64,000 bases of DNA from an uncultured Pelagibacteraceae bacterium (GCA_902578935.1 CACHEU010000004.1:16523-80522), one strand, 5' to 3'; shown: positions 1 to 9,304, counted from the first letter of the stretch. A program made the numbers and translations. Notes: generated by a model from the letters alone, not told the origin.

Positions 1-1
1 A

Positions 2-652
2 TTTAGTACTACTCAAAAACAACTTGATTATCTAAGGTTTCCCTTAGGTTCTATCAACAAATCTGAAACAAGAAAGATTGCAGACAAGCTAAAACTTAAT
101 GTTGCAGGAAAACCTGATAGCCAAGATATTTGCTTTGTTCCTAACGGGAATTATGCTTCTGTTATAGAAAAATATAGGCCACAGTCATTTAAAAAGGGAG
201 ACATTCTTGATTTGAACGGTAAAAAGCTAGGCTCCCATGATGGAATCATAAACTATACTATTGGACAAAGAAAAGGGATTAAAATTTCTAGCCAAGAACC
301 ACTTTATGTAATTGATATAAGATCCAAGAACAATTCTATTGTTGTAGGCCCCCAGGACTGTTTAAATATAAATAAGCTTTATTTAAGAAACATAAATCTA
401 TTGTCCGATACTAGTATTTTTGAAAAGAATATTTTTATTAAGGTAAGGTCTACAGGCAAACTACTTAATGCAAACGCAACAATTCAAAAAGATTCGGCAG
501 TTGTTGAGATTTTGCAAGATGAAAAAGGAATATCACCAGGTCAAGCTTGTGTTTTTTATTCAAAAGATAATCTTGGTGAAAGAGTTCTGGGTGGTGGCTG
601 GATAGATAAAACTATAAACAAAAATTTATCCACACAACTAACAAACCATTAA
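2..652 (+). CDS. mnmA: tRNA 2-thiouridine(34) synthase MnmA, C-terminal part (5' end outside window)
   Basis: Frame 2 is open from the window edge. Translation FSTTQKQLDYLRFPLG...DICFVPNGNY...INYTIGQRKG...GQACVFY matches the MnmA/TrmU C-terminal domains. The M at 212 in the ORF track is an internal TTG. Confidence 0.9.
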   Translation, partial: FSTTQKQLDYLRFPLGSINKSETRKIADKLKLNVAGKPDSQDICFVPNGNYASVIEKYRPQSFKKGDILDLNGKKLGSHDGIINYTIGQRKGIKISSQEPLYVIDIRSKNNSIVVGPQDCLNINKLYLRNINLLSDTSIFEKNIFIKVRSTGKLLNANATIQKDSAVVEILQDEKGISPGQACVFYSKDNLGERVLGGGWIDKTINKNLSTQLTNH

Positions 653-692
653 ACAAAACAACCAAAAGGTGATGTCTATTTTGTTTTAGCAA

Positions 693-851
693 TGTTAAGT
701 TGGATTCGAATTGGGAGGCAACTCCCAACTGGCCAGTTAGGGAAAGGCCGAGAGGTTCAAGCTTAACGGGCAGAAAGTCTCACAGAGTAGCGCTAAAATA
801 GTGAGGCGGGAGGTTCGGCGGTAGCGCCTACAACGACGAACCAAAACTTAA
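693..851 (+). ncRNA. Candidate structured small RNA, family unassigned (6S-like in size and shape)
   Basis: G+C-rich, G>>C island in a 232-nt gap between convergent genes. Hand-drawn helices: 695-708/837-851, 711-717/722-728 (GCAA loop), 747-752/814-819, 778-783/801-806. A terminator hairpin follows. Strand inferred from purine/GU bias and the downstream T-run. Confidence 0.5.
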
Positions 852-877
852 GTCTGCGCACCGAAAGGTGTGTAGAC
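852..877. terminator. Bidirectional intrinsic terminator hairpin (11 bp stem, GAAA loop)
   Basis: GTCTGCGCACC-GAAA-GGTGTGTAGAC. It is followed by a T-run on + (aagggttttatcctttttt) and by ttaagtttt on -. It sits 8 nt after the stop of the minus-strand gene ending at 885. Confidence 0.6.
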
Positions 878-884
878 AAGGGTT

Positions 885-1586
885 TTATCCTTTTTTCCAG
901 AACATAAACGTCAACAAGTAAAACAGTATAACTCCAACGAAGTAGTTCCATTCAAGCGCATGTTTAAAATGAATATTTCCACTTGATACGACTATGGGCA
1001 AAGTTGTTACTGCTACAATTACCAAAATAGTAACTAGGATTATTTTTAGTATAAGGACGTAATTATTTATATCCTTATACATAATGGATTTTAATTTAAA
1101 TAATCTGTAAACTAAAAGTGATTGGGCAATAACTTCAAAGAGAATAAAACCTAACAATACAAATCTTCTAAAAAATTTGTATAAATCGTAATCAAATTTT
1201 ATACCTAAAAATATAGAATGAATAATTAGAAATACTGCCGATAATATTCCAAATGTTTTAAAAAGGTTTTTATTATTTTCTAGATTTTGATAAAAATTTA
1301 TTATTCTGTTTGTTTTAATCCAATACATTATTAAAAAAATTGAAGTCAAAATCATAGATGGCTTAAATATTAAAAAAGTTGGGTATGTTCTAGCTGTTCG
1401 GCTTATGGAAACTCCACCATCTATATAAGGAAATGTTGGACCAGAACGTCCAATTTGATCAACAGTTAAAAAAGTATTATCAAAAATTTGGTAATTAACA
1501 GAAATAAATAGACACAAATTTACAGCTACAAATGGAATTATAAATATCCATAAACTCAACTTTTTAATTTGAGTTCTTAGTTCCAT
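885..1586 (-). CDS. Hypothetical integral membrane protein (about 6 TM segments)
   Basis: 233-aa ORF with repeated hydrophobic 20-aa stretches. I recognise no family. Confidence 0.7.
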   Translation of the reverse strand: MELRTQIKKLSLWIFIIPFVAVNLCLFISVNYQIFDNTFLTVDQIGRSGPTFPYIDGGVSISRTARTYPTFLIFKPSMILTSIFLIMYWIKTNRIINFYQNLENNKNLFKTFGILSAVFLIIHSIFLGIKFDYDLYKFFRRFVLLGFILFEVIAQSLLVYRLFKLKSIMYKDINNYVLILKIILVTILVIVAVTTLPIVVSSGNIHFKHALEWNYFVGVILFYLLTFMFWKKG

Positions 1587-1762
1587 TGTTGAGGCAGACT
1601 ATCTTTTCTTGTTTCTTTTTCTAGCCCTTCTTTTTTTTGAGCCAATTTTACGTCTTCCTCTATGTTTTTTTGGGTATCCCATAATTGAGTTTTAATACCA
1701 TTTAAGTTGTTAATTATCAATTCAAATAGTTGCTTTAATAAAATTTTTCTTTTCCTAGCCAA
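1577..1762 (-). CDS. Possible small Lys/Glu-rich protein (61 aa), TTG start
   Basis: Only ORF filling the 148-nt gap between accC and the membrane gene. It overlaps the accC 3' end by 28 nt and the next start by 10 nt. No recognisable domain. Confidence 0.3.
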   Translation of the reverse strand: MARKRKILLKQLFELIINNLNGIKTQLWDTQKNIEEDVKLAQKKEGLEKETRKDSLPQQWN

Positions 1763-3072
1763 TTAGTATCAAATTCAGAGCTAATAAATTTTTCATGGGA
1801 CAGTATTTTTTTATGAAGATCGATTGTGGTAACAATTCCATCTATTACAAACTCATTTAAAGATCTCATGGTCCTTTGTATAGCTTCAGTTCTGTTTCTT
1901 CCTTTACATATTAATTTGCATATTAAACTGTCATAATATGGAGTGATTTTACAGCCTTGAAAGATCGATCCATCAACTCTTGTCCTAAAGCCAGAAGGTT
2001 GGTGACAAACAGAGATTACTCCAGGACTAGGTTGAAAATTTTTTGAAGGATCTTCCGCATTAATCCTACACTCTATGGAATGACCTCTGGCACTAATATC
2101 ACCTTGTTTTAAAGCTGTATTTCCAGAGTGTGCAATCCATATTTGTTCCTTTACAATGTCAATACCGGTTTGTACTTCTGTTACCGGATGTTCAACTTGT
2201 ACCCTAGTGTTCATTTCTAAAAAATAAAATTTTCCATTTTCATATATATATTCAACTGTCCCTGCTCCTTCATAGCCAATAGACTCTACCATTTTTACAG
2301 TTTTATTGAGTAGGTCAGTTCTTGTTTTTTCATCTAATACTGGGCTTGGAGTTTCTTCTATTAGCTTTTGGTGTTTTCTTTGGACGCTGCAATCTCTTTC
2401 GTGTAAATGAACAGTTCTATTTTTTCCTGATAAAACTTGTACCTCAATATGCCTTGGTCTCATAAAATATTTTTCTATATATACCTCATCATTTCCAAAA
2501 TATTTTTTTGCTTCCAAACGTGCCATTGAAAATAATTCATCTAATTTATTTTCGCTCTCCACAATTTTCATTCCTTTTCCACCACCACCACCAGAAGCTT
2601 TGATTAAAACAGGATAACCAATTTTTTTACAAATTGATTTTGCTTCACTAACATTTTTTACACCTCCATCCGATCCTTCTATTACTGGCAGACCATATTG
2701 TTTTGCAATTTTTTTTGCTTCAATCTTATCTCCCATTTTTTTTATAATTTCAGCACTTGGACCAATAAATTTTATTCCATGTTTTTGGATAACATCTGCA
2801 AATTTATAATTTTCTGACAAAAATCCATAGCCTGGATGAATAGCTTCAGCGCCAGTAACGTCTACAGCAGACATTATTGCCGGAATGTTTAGATAACTGT
2901 TTTGTGGTTGATGAGATCCTATACAAACACTTTCGTCGGCTAAACGAACATGCATTGAATCAGAATCAACATCAGAATGTATAGCAACAGTTCCAATTCC
3001 CCATTCTTTACATGCCCTTATTATTCTGACAGCAATTTCGCCTCTGTTTGCGATTAAAACTTTTTTAAACAT
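1735..3072 (-). CDS. accC: Acetyl-CoA carboxylase, biotin carboxylase subunit
   Basis: MFKKVLIANRGEIAVRIIRA, ATP-grasp GGGGKGM, EMNTRVQVEHPVTE. 445 aa, directly downstream of accB. Confidence 0.97.
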   Translation of the reverse strand: MFKKVLIANRGEIAVRIIRACKEWGIGTVAIHSDVDSDSMHVRLADESVCIGSHQPQNSYLNIPAIMSAVDVTGAEAIHPGYGFLSENYKFADVIQKHGIKFIGPSAEIIKKMGDKIEAKKIAKQYGLPVIEGSDGGVKNVSEAKSICKKIGYPVLIKASGGGGGKGMKIVESENKLDELFSMARLEAKKYFGNDEVYIEKYFMRPRHIEVQVLSGKNRTVHLHERDCSVQRKHQKLIEETPSPVLDEKTRTDLLNKTVKMVESIGYEGAGTVEYIYENGKFYFLEMNTRVQVEHPVTEVQTGIDIVKEQIWIAHSGNTALKQGDISARGHSIECRINAEDPSKNFQPSPGVISVCHQPSGFRTRVDGSIFQGCKITPYYDSLICKLICKGRNRTEAIQRTMRSLNEFVIDGIVTTIDLHKKILSHEKFISSEFDTNWLGKEKFY

Positions 3073-3075
3073 TGA

Positions 3076-3486
3076 TTATTTTAGAAGAACCAAAGCTTGC
3101 CCAAACTCTACAGCCTGACCATCTTGAACTAAAACTTTTTTCACTTCACCATCTGAGGTGGATGGAACATGATTCATTGTTTTCATTGCCTCAACAATCA
3201 TTATGGTTTGTCCTTTTTTAATTTTTTGTCCAACTTCAACAAATTTTTTTCCACCAGGTTCAGAAGCTAAATATGCTGTTCCTATGATTGGAGAAACAAT
3301 TTTTTTTCCAATTTCTTCCTCTTTTTGTTTCGTCAAACCTGGTTTGTGAGCAGTGATATTGCTATTAGAAGTTAGATTTTTTGCAACTTTTATTTTTTTA
3401 TCACCGTCCTGATACTCGATTTCTGAAAGACCAAATTCTTCAAGATAATCTTTTAATTCCTTAATTAATTTTTTATCGATTTTCAT
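3076..3486 (-). CDS. accB: Acetyl-CoA carboxylase biotin carboxyl carrier protein
   Basis: C-terminal lipoyl/biotinyl fold with the biotin-attachment motif VEAMKTMN. ATGA overlap with the aroQ stop. Confidence 0.95.
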   Translation of the reverse strand: MKIDKKLIKELKDYLEEFGLSEIEYQDGDKKIKVAKNLTSNSNITAHKPGLTKQKEEEIGKKIVSPIIGTAYLASEPGGKKFVEVGQKIKKGQTIMIVEAMKTMNHVPSTSDGEVKKVLVQDGQAVEFGQALVLLK

Positions 3487-3923
3487 TTTTTTATAATTTC
3501 TTTGATTCCATCGAGTGCCATAATGTACCCATCAACACCTAAACCGCAAATTATCCCGTCAGCTGCTTTGCTAATTAAAGACTTATGCCTGAAATCTTCT
3601 CTTTTGTAAATATTTGTTATATGCAATTCGATAGTTGGTTTTTTAACCGCAAGCAAAGCATCAAGTATTGCTACCGATGTGTGGGTATATCCACCTGCGT
3701 TAATAATGATTCCCTGATGTTTCTCTTTTGTATCCTGAATAAAATTTACTATTTCCCCCTCAACATTTGATTGTTTAAAATCAACCTGTAGACCAATTTT
3801 TTTACTATGAGCCTCACACTTTTTTTGGATATCCGCTAGGGAGACATTTCCATATTTTTCTTTTTCTCTAGTTCCTAGCAAGTTTAAATTAGGACCATTT
3901 ATAACAAGGATTTTTTGAATCAT
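3483..3923 (-). CDS. aroQ: Type II 3-dehydroquinate dehydratase
   Basis: ILVINGPNLNLLGTRE signature, 146 aa. Classical aroQ-accB-accC arrangement. Confidence 0.95.
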   Translation of the reverse strand: MIQKILVINGPNLNLLGTREKEKYGNVSLADIQKKCEAHSKKIGLQVDFKQSNVEGEIVNFIQDTKEKHQGIIINAGGYTHTSVAILDALLAVKKPTIELHITNIYKREDFRHKSLISKAADGIICGLGVDGYIMALDGIKEIIKK

Positions 3924-3956
3924 TTTGGTATAATAAAAATTAAAAATATCTCAATT

Positions 3957-4160
3957 ATGGCAAAAATACAATTAAATGGAAAAAAAATAAGCATCCACAC
4001 AAATTTTAGCGTTAGAGATCTCATAAAAAAATATAAATTGAAGGAAAAGAAGATAGCAATAGAACTTAACGGTATAATATTGCCAAAACAACATTACGGA
4101 AAAAAAAAGTTAAAAAATAATGATAAAATTGAGGTTGTTCAATTTATAGGTGGCGGATAA
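3957..4160 (+). CDS. thiS: Thiamine biosynthesis sulfur-carrier protein ThiS
   Basis: 67-aa ubiquitin-like protein ending in GG, immediately upstream of thiG. I place the start at ATG 3957 (MAKIQLNGKK). The ORF-track start 3915 would overlap the aroQ start. Confidence 0.85.
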   Translation: MAKIQLNGKKISIHTNFSVRDLIKKYKLKEKKIAIELNGIILPKQHYGKKKLKNNDKIEVVQFIGGG

Positions 4161-4937
4161 ATGCAGAAGAAGGACAACTTAAAAATAGGCAAACATATTA
4201 TTAAATCTCGCTTAATTATAGGGACTGGAAAGTATAAAAATTTTAAACAAACAGCAGAAGCCGTAAAAGCTTCGGGGGCAGATATGGTAACTGTTGCGGT
4301 TAGAAGAGTAAATATTTTAGATAAAAAAAAACCAGTTTTAATGGACTATTTAAATCCAAAAAAAATAATTTATTTACCAAACACAGCCGGATGTTTTAAT
4401 TCAAAAGACGCTTTGAGAACTTTGAGGTTGGCGAGAGAAATGGGCGGTTGGAAACTTGTAAAATTAGAAATTCTTGGTGACAAAAAAACTCTTTATCCAA
4501 ACATGATTGAAACTTTAAAGTCCACAGAGGTTCTTGTTAAGGAGGGTTTTGAGGTAATGGTGTATTGTTCAGACGATCCTATAATTGCAAAAAAATTAGA
4601 AGATGTAGGAGCTTCAGCAATAATGCCTTTAGCATCTCCAATTGGTTCAGGAAGAGGAATCAAAAATACATTGAACCTTTCAATTATAATAAATAATGCA
4701 AAAGTTCCGGTTATTGTTGATGCGGGAATAGGAACGGCATCAGACGCAACTATTGCTATGGAACTTGGATGTGATGGAGTTTTAATAAACACCGCAATAG
4801 CTAAAGCGAAAAATCCAATCATAATGGCAAAATCAATGAAACATGCTGTAATAGCTGGTAGACAATCTTATTTGGCTGGCAGAATTAGGATGCAGGAGTA
4901 TGGATCAGCAAGTAGTCCTTCAAAGGGATTAATTTAA
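4161..4937 (+). CDS. thiG: Thiazole synthase ThiG
   Basis: [30 protein letters not shown] motifs. 258 aa. Confidence 0.96.
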   Translation: MQKKDNLKIGKHIIKSRLIIGTGKYKNFKQTAEAVKASGADMVTVAVRRVNILDKKKPVLMDYLNPKKIIYLPNTAGCFNSKDALRTLRLAREMGGWKLVKLEILGDKKTLYPNMIETLKSTEVLVKEGFEVMVYCSDDPIIAKKLEDVGASAIMPLASPIGSGRGIKNTLNLSIIINNAKVPVIVDAGIGTASDATIAMELGCDGVLINTAIAKAKNPIIMAKSMKHAVIAGRQSYLAGRIRMQEYGSASSPSKGLI

Positions 4938-4938
4938 T

Positions 4939-6786
4939 TTATTTTCTTCTTTTTCTTCTTGTCCACAAGGTTTTTACCAAACCTTTTTTTACTGTTTTTT
5001 TATTTAAATTTTCAGGCAATTCTTTTTTAGAATGAGCATTCATTTTAATCACTTTATTGTTTTTTTTATTCATATCACCTATTTCTTTAAAATTTTCGAT
5101 TTTATTAATAATTTTTTTATTTTTACTAAATAATTTTATTCTATATTCCGGAATAGTTAATTCATTATCTGAGATAATATTTATTTTAAATTTATATTTT
5201 TTTTCAAAGAAAGATATTTCTTTTTTAAAATATGATTTTAAATATAGATTTACTTTACTAGGTACCGAGGCATCAATAATCTTTGTTTTACTTGAGAAAG
5301 CTAACATTTCAATTTTTTTAATAATTTTTTGTGCAAAAGATTCAATAGAAAGGTTAGTTTCCCATCGAATCGAACTCTCCTTAAGTCTTTGACGAGTCAT
5401 TTCCAAGAGACCAAAATTACTAATTCTACCAACCTGTATTCTAGCCCTGTCCAGTTTAAGTTTATCTTTTATTTTTCTTTCAACTGTTCTTCTATTATAA
5501 AAGTTAATCATATCTATAAAGTCAATAACAATTAATCCGGACAGATCCCTAATTTTAATTTGTCTTGCAATTTCTTCAGCTGCTTCAACGTTAGTATTTA
5601 ATGCTGTTTTTTCAATATTCACTTGTTTTGTAGACTGACCAGAATTTACATCTATTGCAACCAAAGCCTCAGTTGGGTTAATAACCAAATAACCTCCTGA
5701 TTTTAATTTTACCACTGGTTCGAAAATTTTATTTAAATCTTTTTCAATTCCCGCGCTATGGAACAAAGGTATTTTGCCTCTATATTTTTTAACGTATTTT
5801 GAGTTTCCTGGCATGAATTGCTTCATAAAAGATTTAGCTTTTTGATAACCATCATTTCCTTCAACGTGAATATATTTTGTTTCGTTATCATATATGTCTC
5901 GCAAAGCTCTTTTAATTACATCTCCTTCTTCATGAATTAGAATAGGAGCAGTTGAACTGATAGCGTTATTTTTAATTTTTTCCCAAAGAGATATTGTATT
6001 TTGAAGGTCGTTGTTTATTTCGTTTCTGGTTTTTCTTGCTCCCGCTGTTCTTACAATTAGCCCCATATTTTCAGGTATTTCAATATTCTTTAATATCTCT
6101 CTAACTTTATTTCTATCTTCATAATTAAAAATTTTTCTAGATATACCTCCTCCTTTAGCTGTATTAGGCATTAAGACGATATATTTTCCTGCCAATGATA
6201 TAAAAGTTGTTAAAGCAGCACCTTTTTGGCCTCTTTCTTCTTTAATGACCTGTATTAATATTACTTGCCCAGGTTTAATAACTTCTTGGATTTTATATCT
6301 TCTAATTCCGTATCTATTTTTTAATCTTTCTCTAATTTTTTCAGAATTATTTGAATTATTTTCTGTTGAAGGTTTAACTTCGTTATTATTATCGGCTACC
6401 TGGTTTGAATTTTGAATTTCTTCAGAATTTTCAGAAGAAACCTGTTTTTTACTTGCACTTTCCTCTTTGCTTTCATTTTCCTCTTTCAGATCTTCTCTGA
6501 TTTTTTCTTCTGATTTTTTTAATTCTTCCTTATCTTCTATTGGAATTTGATAATAGTCTGATTGAATATCATTAAAGGCTAGAAAACCGTGACGTTCTCT
6601 CCCGTAGTTTATAAAAGCTGCTTGTAGAGATGGTTCAACTCTACTCACTTTTCCTAAGTAAATATTGCTTTTTAGATTTAGATTGTTTTTATTCTCAGAC
6701 TCGTATTCTTCAATATTTGATTCTGACTTGAGTACAATTCTAGTTTCTTCTGGATGCGATGCATCAATATATAAATTCTTTTGCAT
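4939..6786 (-). CDS. rne: Ribonuclease E/G family endoribonuclease
   Basis: N-terminal S1 domain (YLGKVSRVEPSLQAAFINYG), AIDVNSGQ catalytic region, basic C-terminal tail. An acidic low-complexity insert lies in the S1 domain. Confidence 0.9.
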   Translation of the reverse strand: MQKNLYIDASHPEETRIVLKSESNIEEYESENKNNLNLKSNIYLGKVSRVEPSLQAAFINYGRERHGFLAFNDIQSDYYQIPIEDKEELKKSEEKIREDLKEENESKEESASKKQVSSENSEEIQNSNQVADNNNEVKPSTENNSNNSEKIRERLKNRYGIRRYKIQEVIKPGQVILIQVIKEERGQKGAALTTFISLAGKYIVLMPNTAKGGGISRKIFNYEDRNKVREILKNIEIPENMGLIVRTAGARKTRNEINNDLQNTISLWEKIKNNAISSTAPILIHEEGDVIKRALRDIYDNETKYIHVEGNDGYQKAKSFMKQFMPGNSKYVKKYRGKIPLFHSAGIEKDLNKIFEPVVKLKSGGYLVINPTEALVAIDVNSGQSTKQVNIEKTALNTNVEAAEEIARQIKIRDLSGLIVIDFIDMINFYNRRTVERKIKDKLKLDRARIQVGRISNFGLLEMTRQRLKESSIRWETNLSIESFAQKIIKKIEMLAFSSKTKIIDASVPSKVNLYLKSYFKKEISFFEKKYKFKINIISDNELTIPEYRIKLFSKNKKIINKIENFKEIGDMNKKNNKVIKMNAHSKKELPENLNKKTVKKGLVKTLWTRRKRRK

Positions 6787-6952
6787 AGTGTATAAAACCT
6801 GTTCATAAGTGATAATTTAGATCCTGGTTTAAAATGTGTAATTCTCATAGCAATCATTATACATTTTTTTTTGTAAAATAACAATTTTTATGAATTCCAC
6901 TCTGCCTTAAGATAGCCAAAATATAGGGTTTTATTTTAATTAGGGAAAAAAG

Positions 6953-9304
6953 ATGAAAAAAATCTATAGCAAGGTAATAAAGCTTTTACTTTCAGTTTTT
7001 ATTACAGGGGTCTTTTTAACATTTTCAGCATTTTGGTATTTTTCTCATGATTTGCCAGATTTCAAAAAATTATCAAATTATGAACCTTCTGTTCTAAGCA
7101 GAGTATATGATGATAGCGGTCAACTAATAGCAGAATATTCTGTAGAAAAAAGACTTTTTATTCCCTACGATTCCATACCAGATAAGGTAATTAATTCTTT
7201 TTTATCAGCAGAGGATAAGAACTTTTTTAATCATCCAGGAGTTGATGCGCGAGGCGTCACAAGAGCTTTTATAAGAAATATTAGCAATATTTTGCAAAAT
7301 AAAAGATTAGAAGGGGCATCAACGATTACACAACAGGTCGCAAAAAATTTTTTACTGAGCAATGAAGTTTCTTTAAAAAGAAAAATAAAAGAAGCTATAT
7401 TAGCCTTTCGTATAGAAAAAGCTTATACAAAAAAAAGAATACTTGAGTTATATCTAAATGAAATTTATTTGGGTCAAGGTACATACGGAGTCGCTTCAGC
7501 TAGTCTCGAATATTTTAATAAATCAGTAAAAGAACTTAATTATAATGAGTCAGCTCTTCTAGCAGCTTTACCAAAAGCTCCCAGCAAATATAATCCTTAT
7601 AAGTCTGCTTCATTAGCAAAAATTAGAAGAGATTTAGTTTTGAGAAACTTGAAAGAGAACGGATATATATCCAATGAACAGCTTAAAAAATTTTCAAAAG
7701 AGAAAATTATACTAAAAAAAAGAAAAATATCTCTTATTAAGGAAGCAAGATCATACACAGAAGAGGTGAGGAGAATTGTCAATAACGATTATGGATTCAA
7801 AAAATTATATTCGGAAGGACTATCAATCACCACACCTTTGAATGGAAAATATCAGATAGCCGCTCTTGATGCCTTAAGATTTGGAATTGAGTCATATGAT
7901 AGGCGCCATGGCTGGAGAGGACCAATAGCAAATGTATTTAGAAATAAAGATTGGAAGAATACAATAAAAAAAATTGATATCGATGAAACACTAGGATGGA
8001 AAGTAGCTGAGGTTTTACAAACCGATGACTATGAATCCCTTATAAAATTAATCAGCGACAATTCAAAAGGAAAAATAATTTTTAAAGATCTTAAGTGGAC
8101 AAGAGCAAAAAATTTTAAACAACTATTGGAAGTTGGTGATTTAATTTTTGTTAAAAAAGACAAGAAGAATAATTGGGTTTTAAAACAAATGCCCCTAGTT
8201 AACGGAAGCATTGTGGTAATCAATCCTCATAACGGCAAAGTAAAGGCGTTGGTAGGAGGTTACAGTTTTATTTCTAGCGAATTTAATAGGGCCACTCAAG
8301 CAAAGAGGCAGCCAGGTTCAGCTTTTAAGCCCATTGTTTATGCTGCAGCTTTAGAAAATGGCTTTTTACCTAACTCAATAGTTTTAGACGCTCCTTTTGT
8401 AAGTGAACAAGGTGAAGGATTAAAAGATTGGAAACCAGAGAATTATGGAAAAAAATTTTATGGTCCATCTACTTTAAGAAAAGGAATAGAGAAATCTAGA
8501 AACTTAATGACAGTCAGAGTGGCACAAAATATAGGGTTTAAAAAAATTTCTGAGATTTCAAAAAATTTGGGAGTTTACGAAAACGTTCCAGAATTACTAT
8601 CTGTCTCTTTGGGTTCTAACGAAACTACTCTTTTAAAACTTACGGGTGCTTATTGTACATTTATAAACGGAGGAAAAAAGATAAAACCTATTTTGATCAA
8701 CAGAATACAAGACAGAAGAGGAAAAACCATTTTTAATTCAGAAAAAAGAGAGTGCGAAGGTTGTCAGATAGTGAACAATGAAGATAAAAAATTTGCTCCA
8801 AAAATTTTAAATAATTACAAACAAGTTATTAGCAGAGAAACTGCTTACCAAATTACTTCAATGTTAGAAGGGGCAGTTAAAAGAGGAACTGGAAAAAAAT
8901 TGAGAAGTTTGAAAGTGCCGCTTGCTGGGAAAACAGGAACCACAAATAAAAATTTTGATGCTTGGTTTATAGGTTCGACTTCCGATTTAACTATTGGAGT
9001 TTATATTGGTTATGATGAGCCAAAATCTCTTGGAAAATACGAAACTGGCGCCAAAGCTGCTTTACCAATATTTAAAAAATTTGTTGAGAACGCTATATAC
9101 AAAGAAGAAATAAAGCATTTTAAAGCACCGGAAACTATATATTTTTTTCCTATAGATTATGACAGCGGTCAAAATGTTAAATTTACCAAATCCAAATCCA
9201 TAGTTGAAGGATTCAAGGAGCAAAGTGTGGAAGAAATAAAATTAAAAAATTTTAATTTAGGAAAAAAACGTGATAAATTCACAAAGTTTACGAGATTCTA
9301 CTAA
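6953..9304 (+). CDS. mrcA: Penicillin-binding protein 1A (bifunctional transglycosylase/transpeptidase)
   Basis: GT51 motifs EDKNFFNHPGVD and RKIKEA. Transpeptidase motifs SAFKP (SxxK), SRN and KTGTT. N-terminal TM anchor. Confidence 0.95.
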   Translation: MKKIYSKVIKLLLSVFITGVFLTFSAFWYFSHDLPDFKKLSNYEPSVLSRVYDDSGQLIAEYSVEKRLFIPYDSIPDKVINSFLSAEDKNFFNHPGVDARGVTRAFIRNISNILQNKRLEGASTITQQVAKNFLLSNEVSLKRKIKEAILAFRIEKAYTKKRILELYLNEIYLGQGTYGVASASLEYFNKSVKELNYNESALLAALPKAPSKYNPYKSASLAKIRRDLVLRNLKENGYISNEQLKKFSKEKIILKKRKISLIKEARSYTEEVRRIVNNDYGFKKLYSEGLSITTPLNGKYQIAALDALRFGIESYDRRHGWRGPIANVFRNKDWKNTIKKIDIDETLGWKVAEVLQTDDYESLIKLISDNSKGKIIFKDLKWTRAKNFKQLLEVGDLIFVKKDKKNNWVLKQMPLVNGSIVVINPHNGKVKALVGGYSFISSEFNRATQAKRQPGSAFKPIVYAAALENGFLPNSIVLDAPFVSEQGEGLKDWKPENYGKKFYGPSTLRKGIEKSRNLMTVRVAQNIGFKKISEISKNLGVYENVPELLSVSLGSNETTLLKLTGAYCTFINGGKKIKPILINRIQDRRGKTIFNSEKRECEGCQIVNNEDKKFAPKILNNYKQVISRETAYQITSMLEGAVKRGTGKKLRSLKVPLAGKTGTTNKNFDAWFIGSTSDLTIGVYIGYDEPKSLGKYETGAKAALPIFKKFVENAIYKEEIKHFKAPETIYFFPIDYDSGQNVKFTKSKSIVEGFKEQSVEEIKLKNFNLGKKRDKFTKFTRFY

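Noticed and set aside
693-851. tmRNA (ssrA). The + strand has GGATTCGAA (702-710), like the tmRNA 5' region, and AACGACGAA (832-840), like the E. coli tag-coding sequence.
   Set aside because: There is no tRNA-like T-arm or acceptor/CCA end anywhere in the gap. The frame GCC TAC AAC GAC GAA... has no nearby stop. The only frame with a quick stop encodes ...LQRRTKT, not a hydrophobic -AA tag. About 160 nt is also too short for a one-piece tmRNA. The upstream acceptor piece expected for permuted alphaproteobacterial ssrA is absent, because mnmA coding runs to 652.
693-851. RNase P RNA, or a ykkC/guanidine-type riboswitch. Short resemblances are AGGGAAAGGCCGAG versus the P4 sequence GGAAAGUCCGG, GGGCAG, ACAGAG, and UAGGG...GGCCGAGAG...ACGG.
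   Set aside because: The region is far too short for RNase P (roughly 270-400 nt in my recollection), and the putative P4 strands are not complementary. A riboswitch makes no sense here, because no same-strand gene lies downstream (the next genes are on the minus strand). The ykkC-like string also lacks the intervening hairpin.
3915-3956. N-terminal extension of the thiS ORF (MNHFGIIKIKNISI...)
   Set aside because: The extension would overlap the divergent aroQ start codon. ThiS proteins are about 66 aa, and ATG 3957 gives the canonical length.
3924-3956. TPP riboswitch (thi-box) upstream of thiS-thiG
   Set aside because: Only 33 nt of AT-rich spacer is available. There is no CTGAGA...ACCTGA...GGA core.
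6787-6952. Structured autoregulatory 5' UTR for rne in the rne/mrcA divergent spacer
   Set aside because: I could not draw any convincing stem-loops. The region is uniformly AT-rich and is probably only two divergent promoters.
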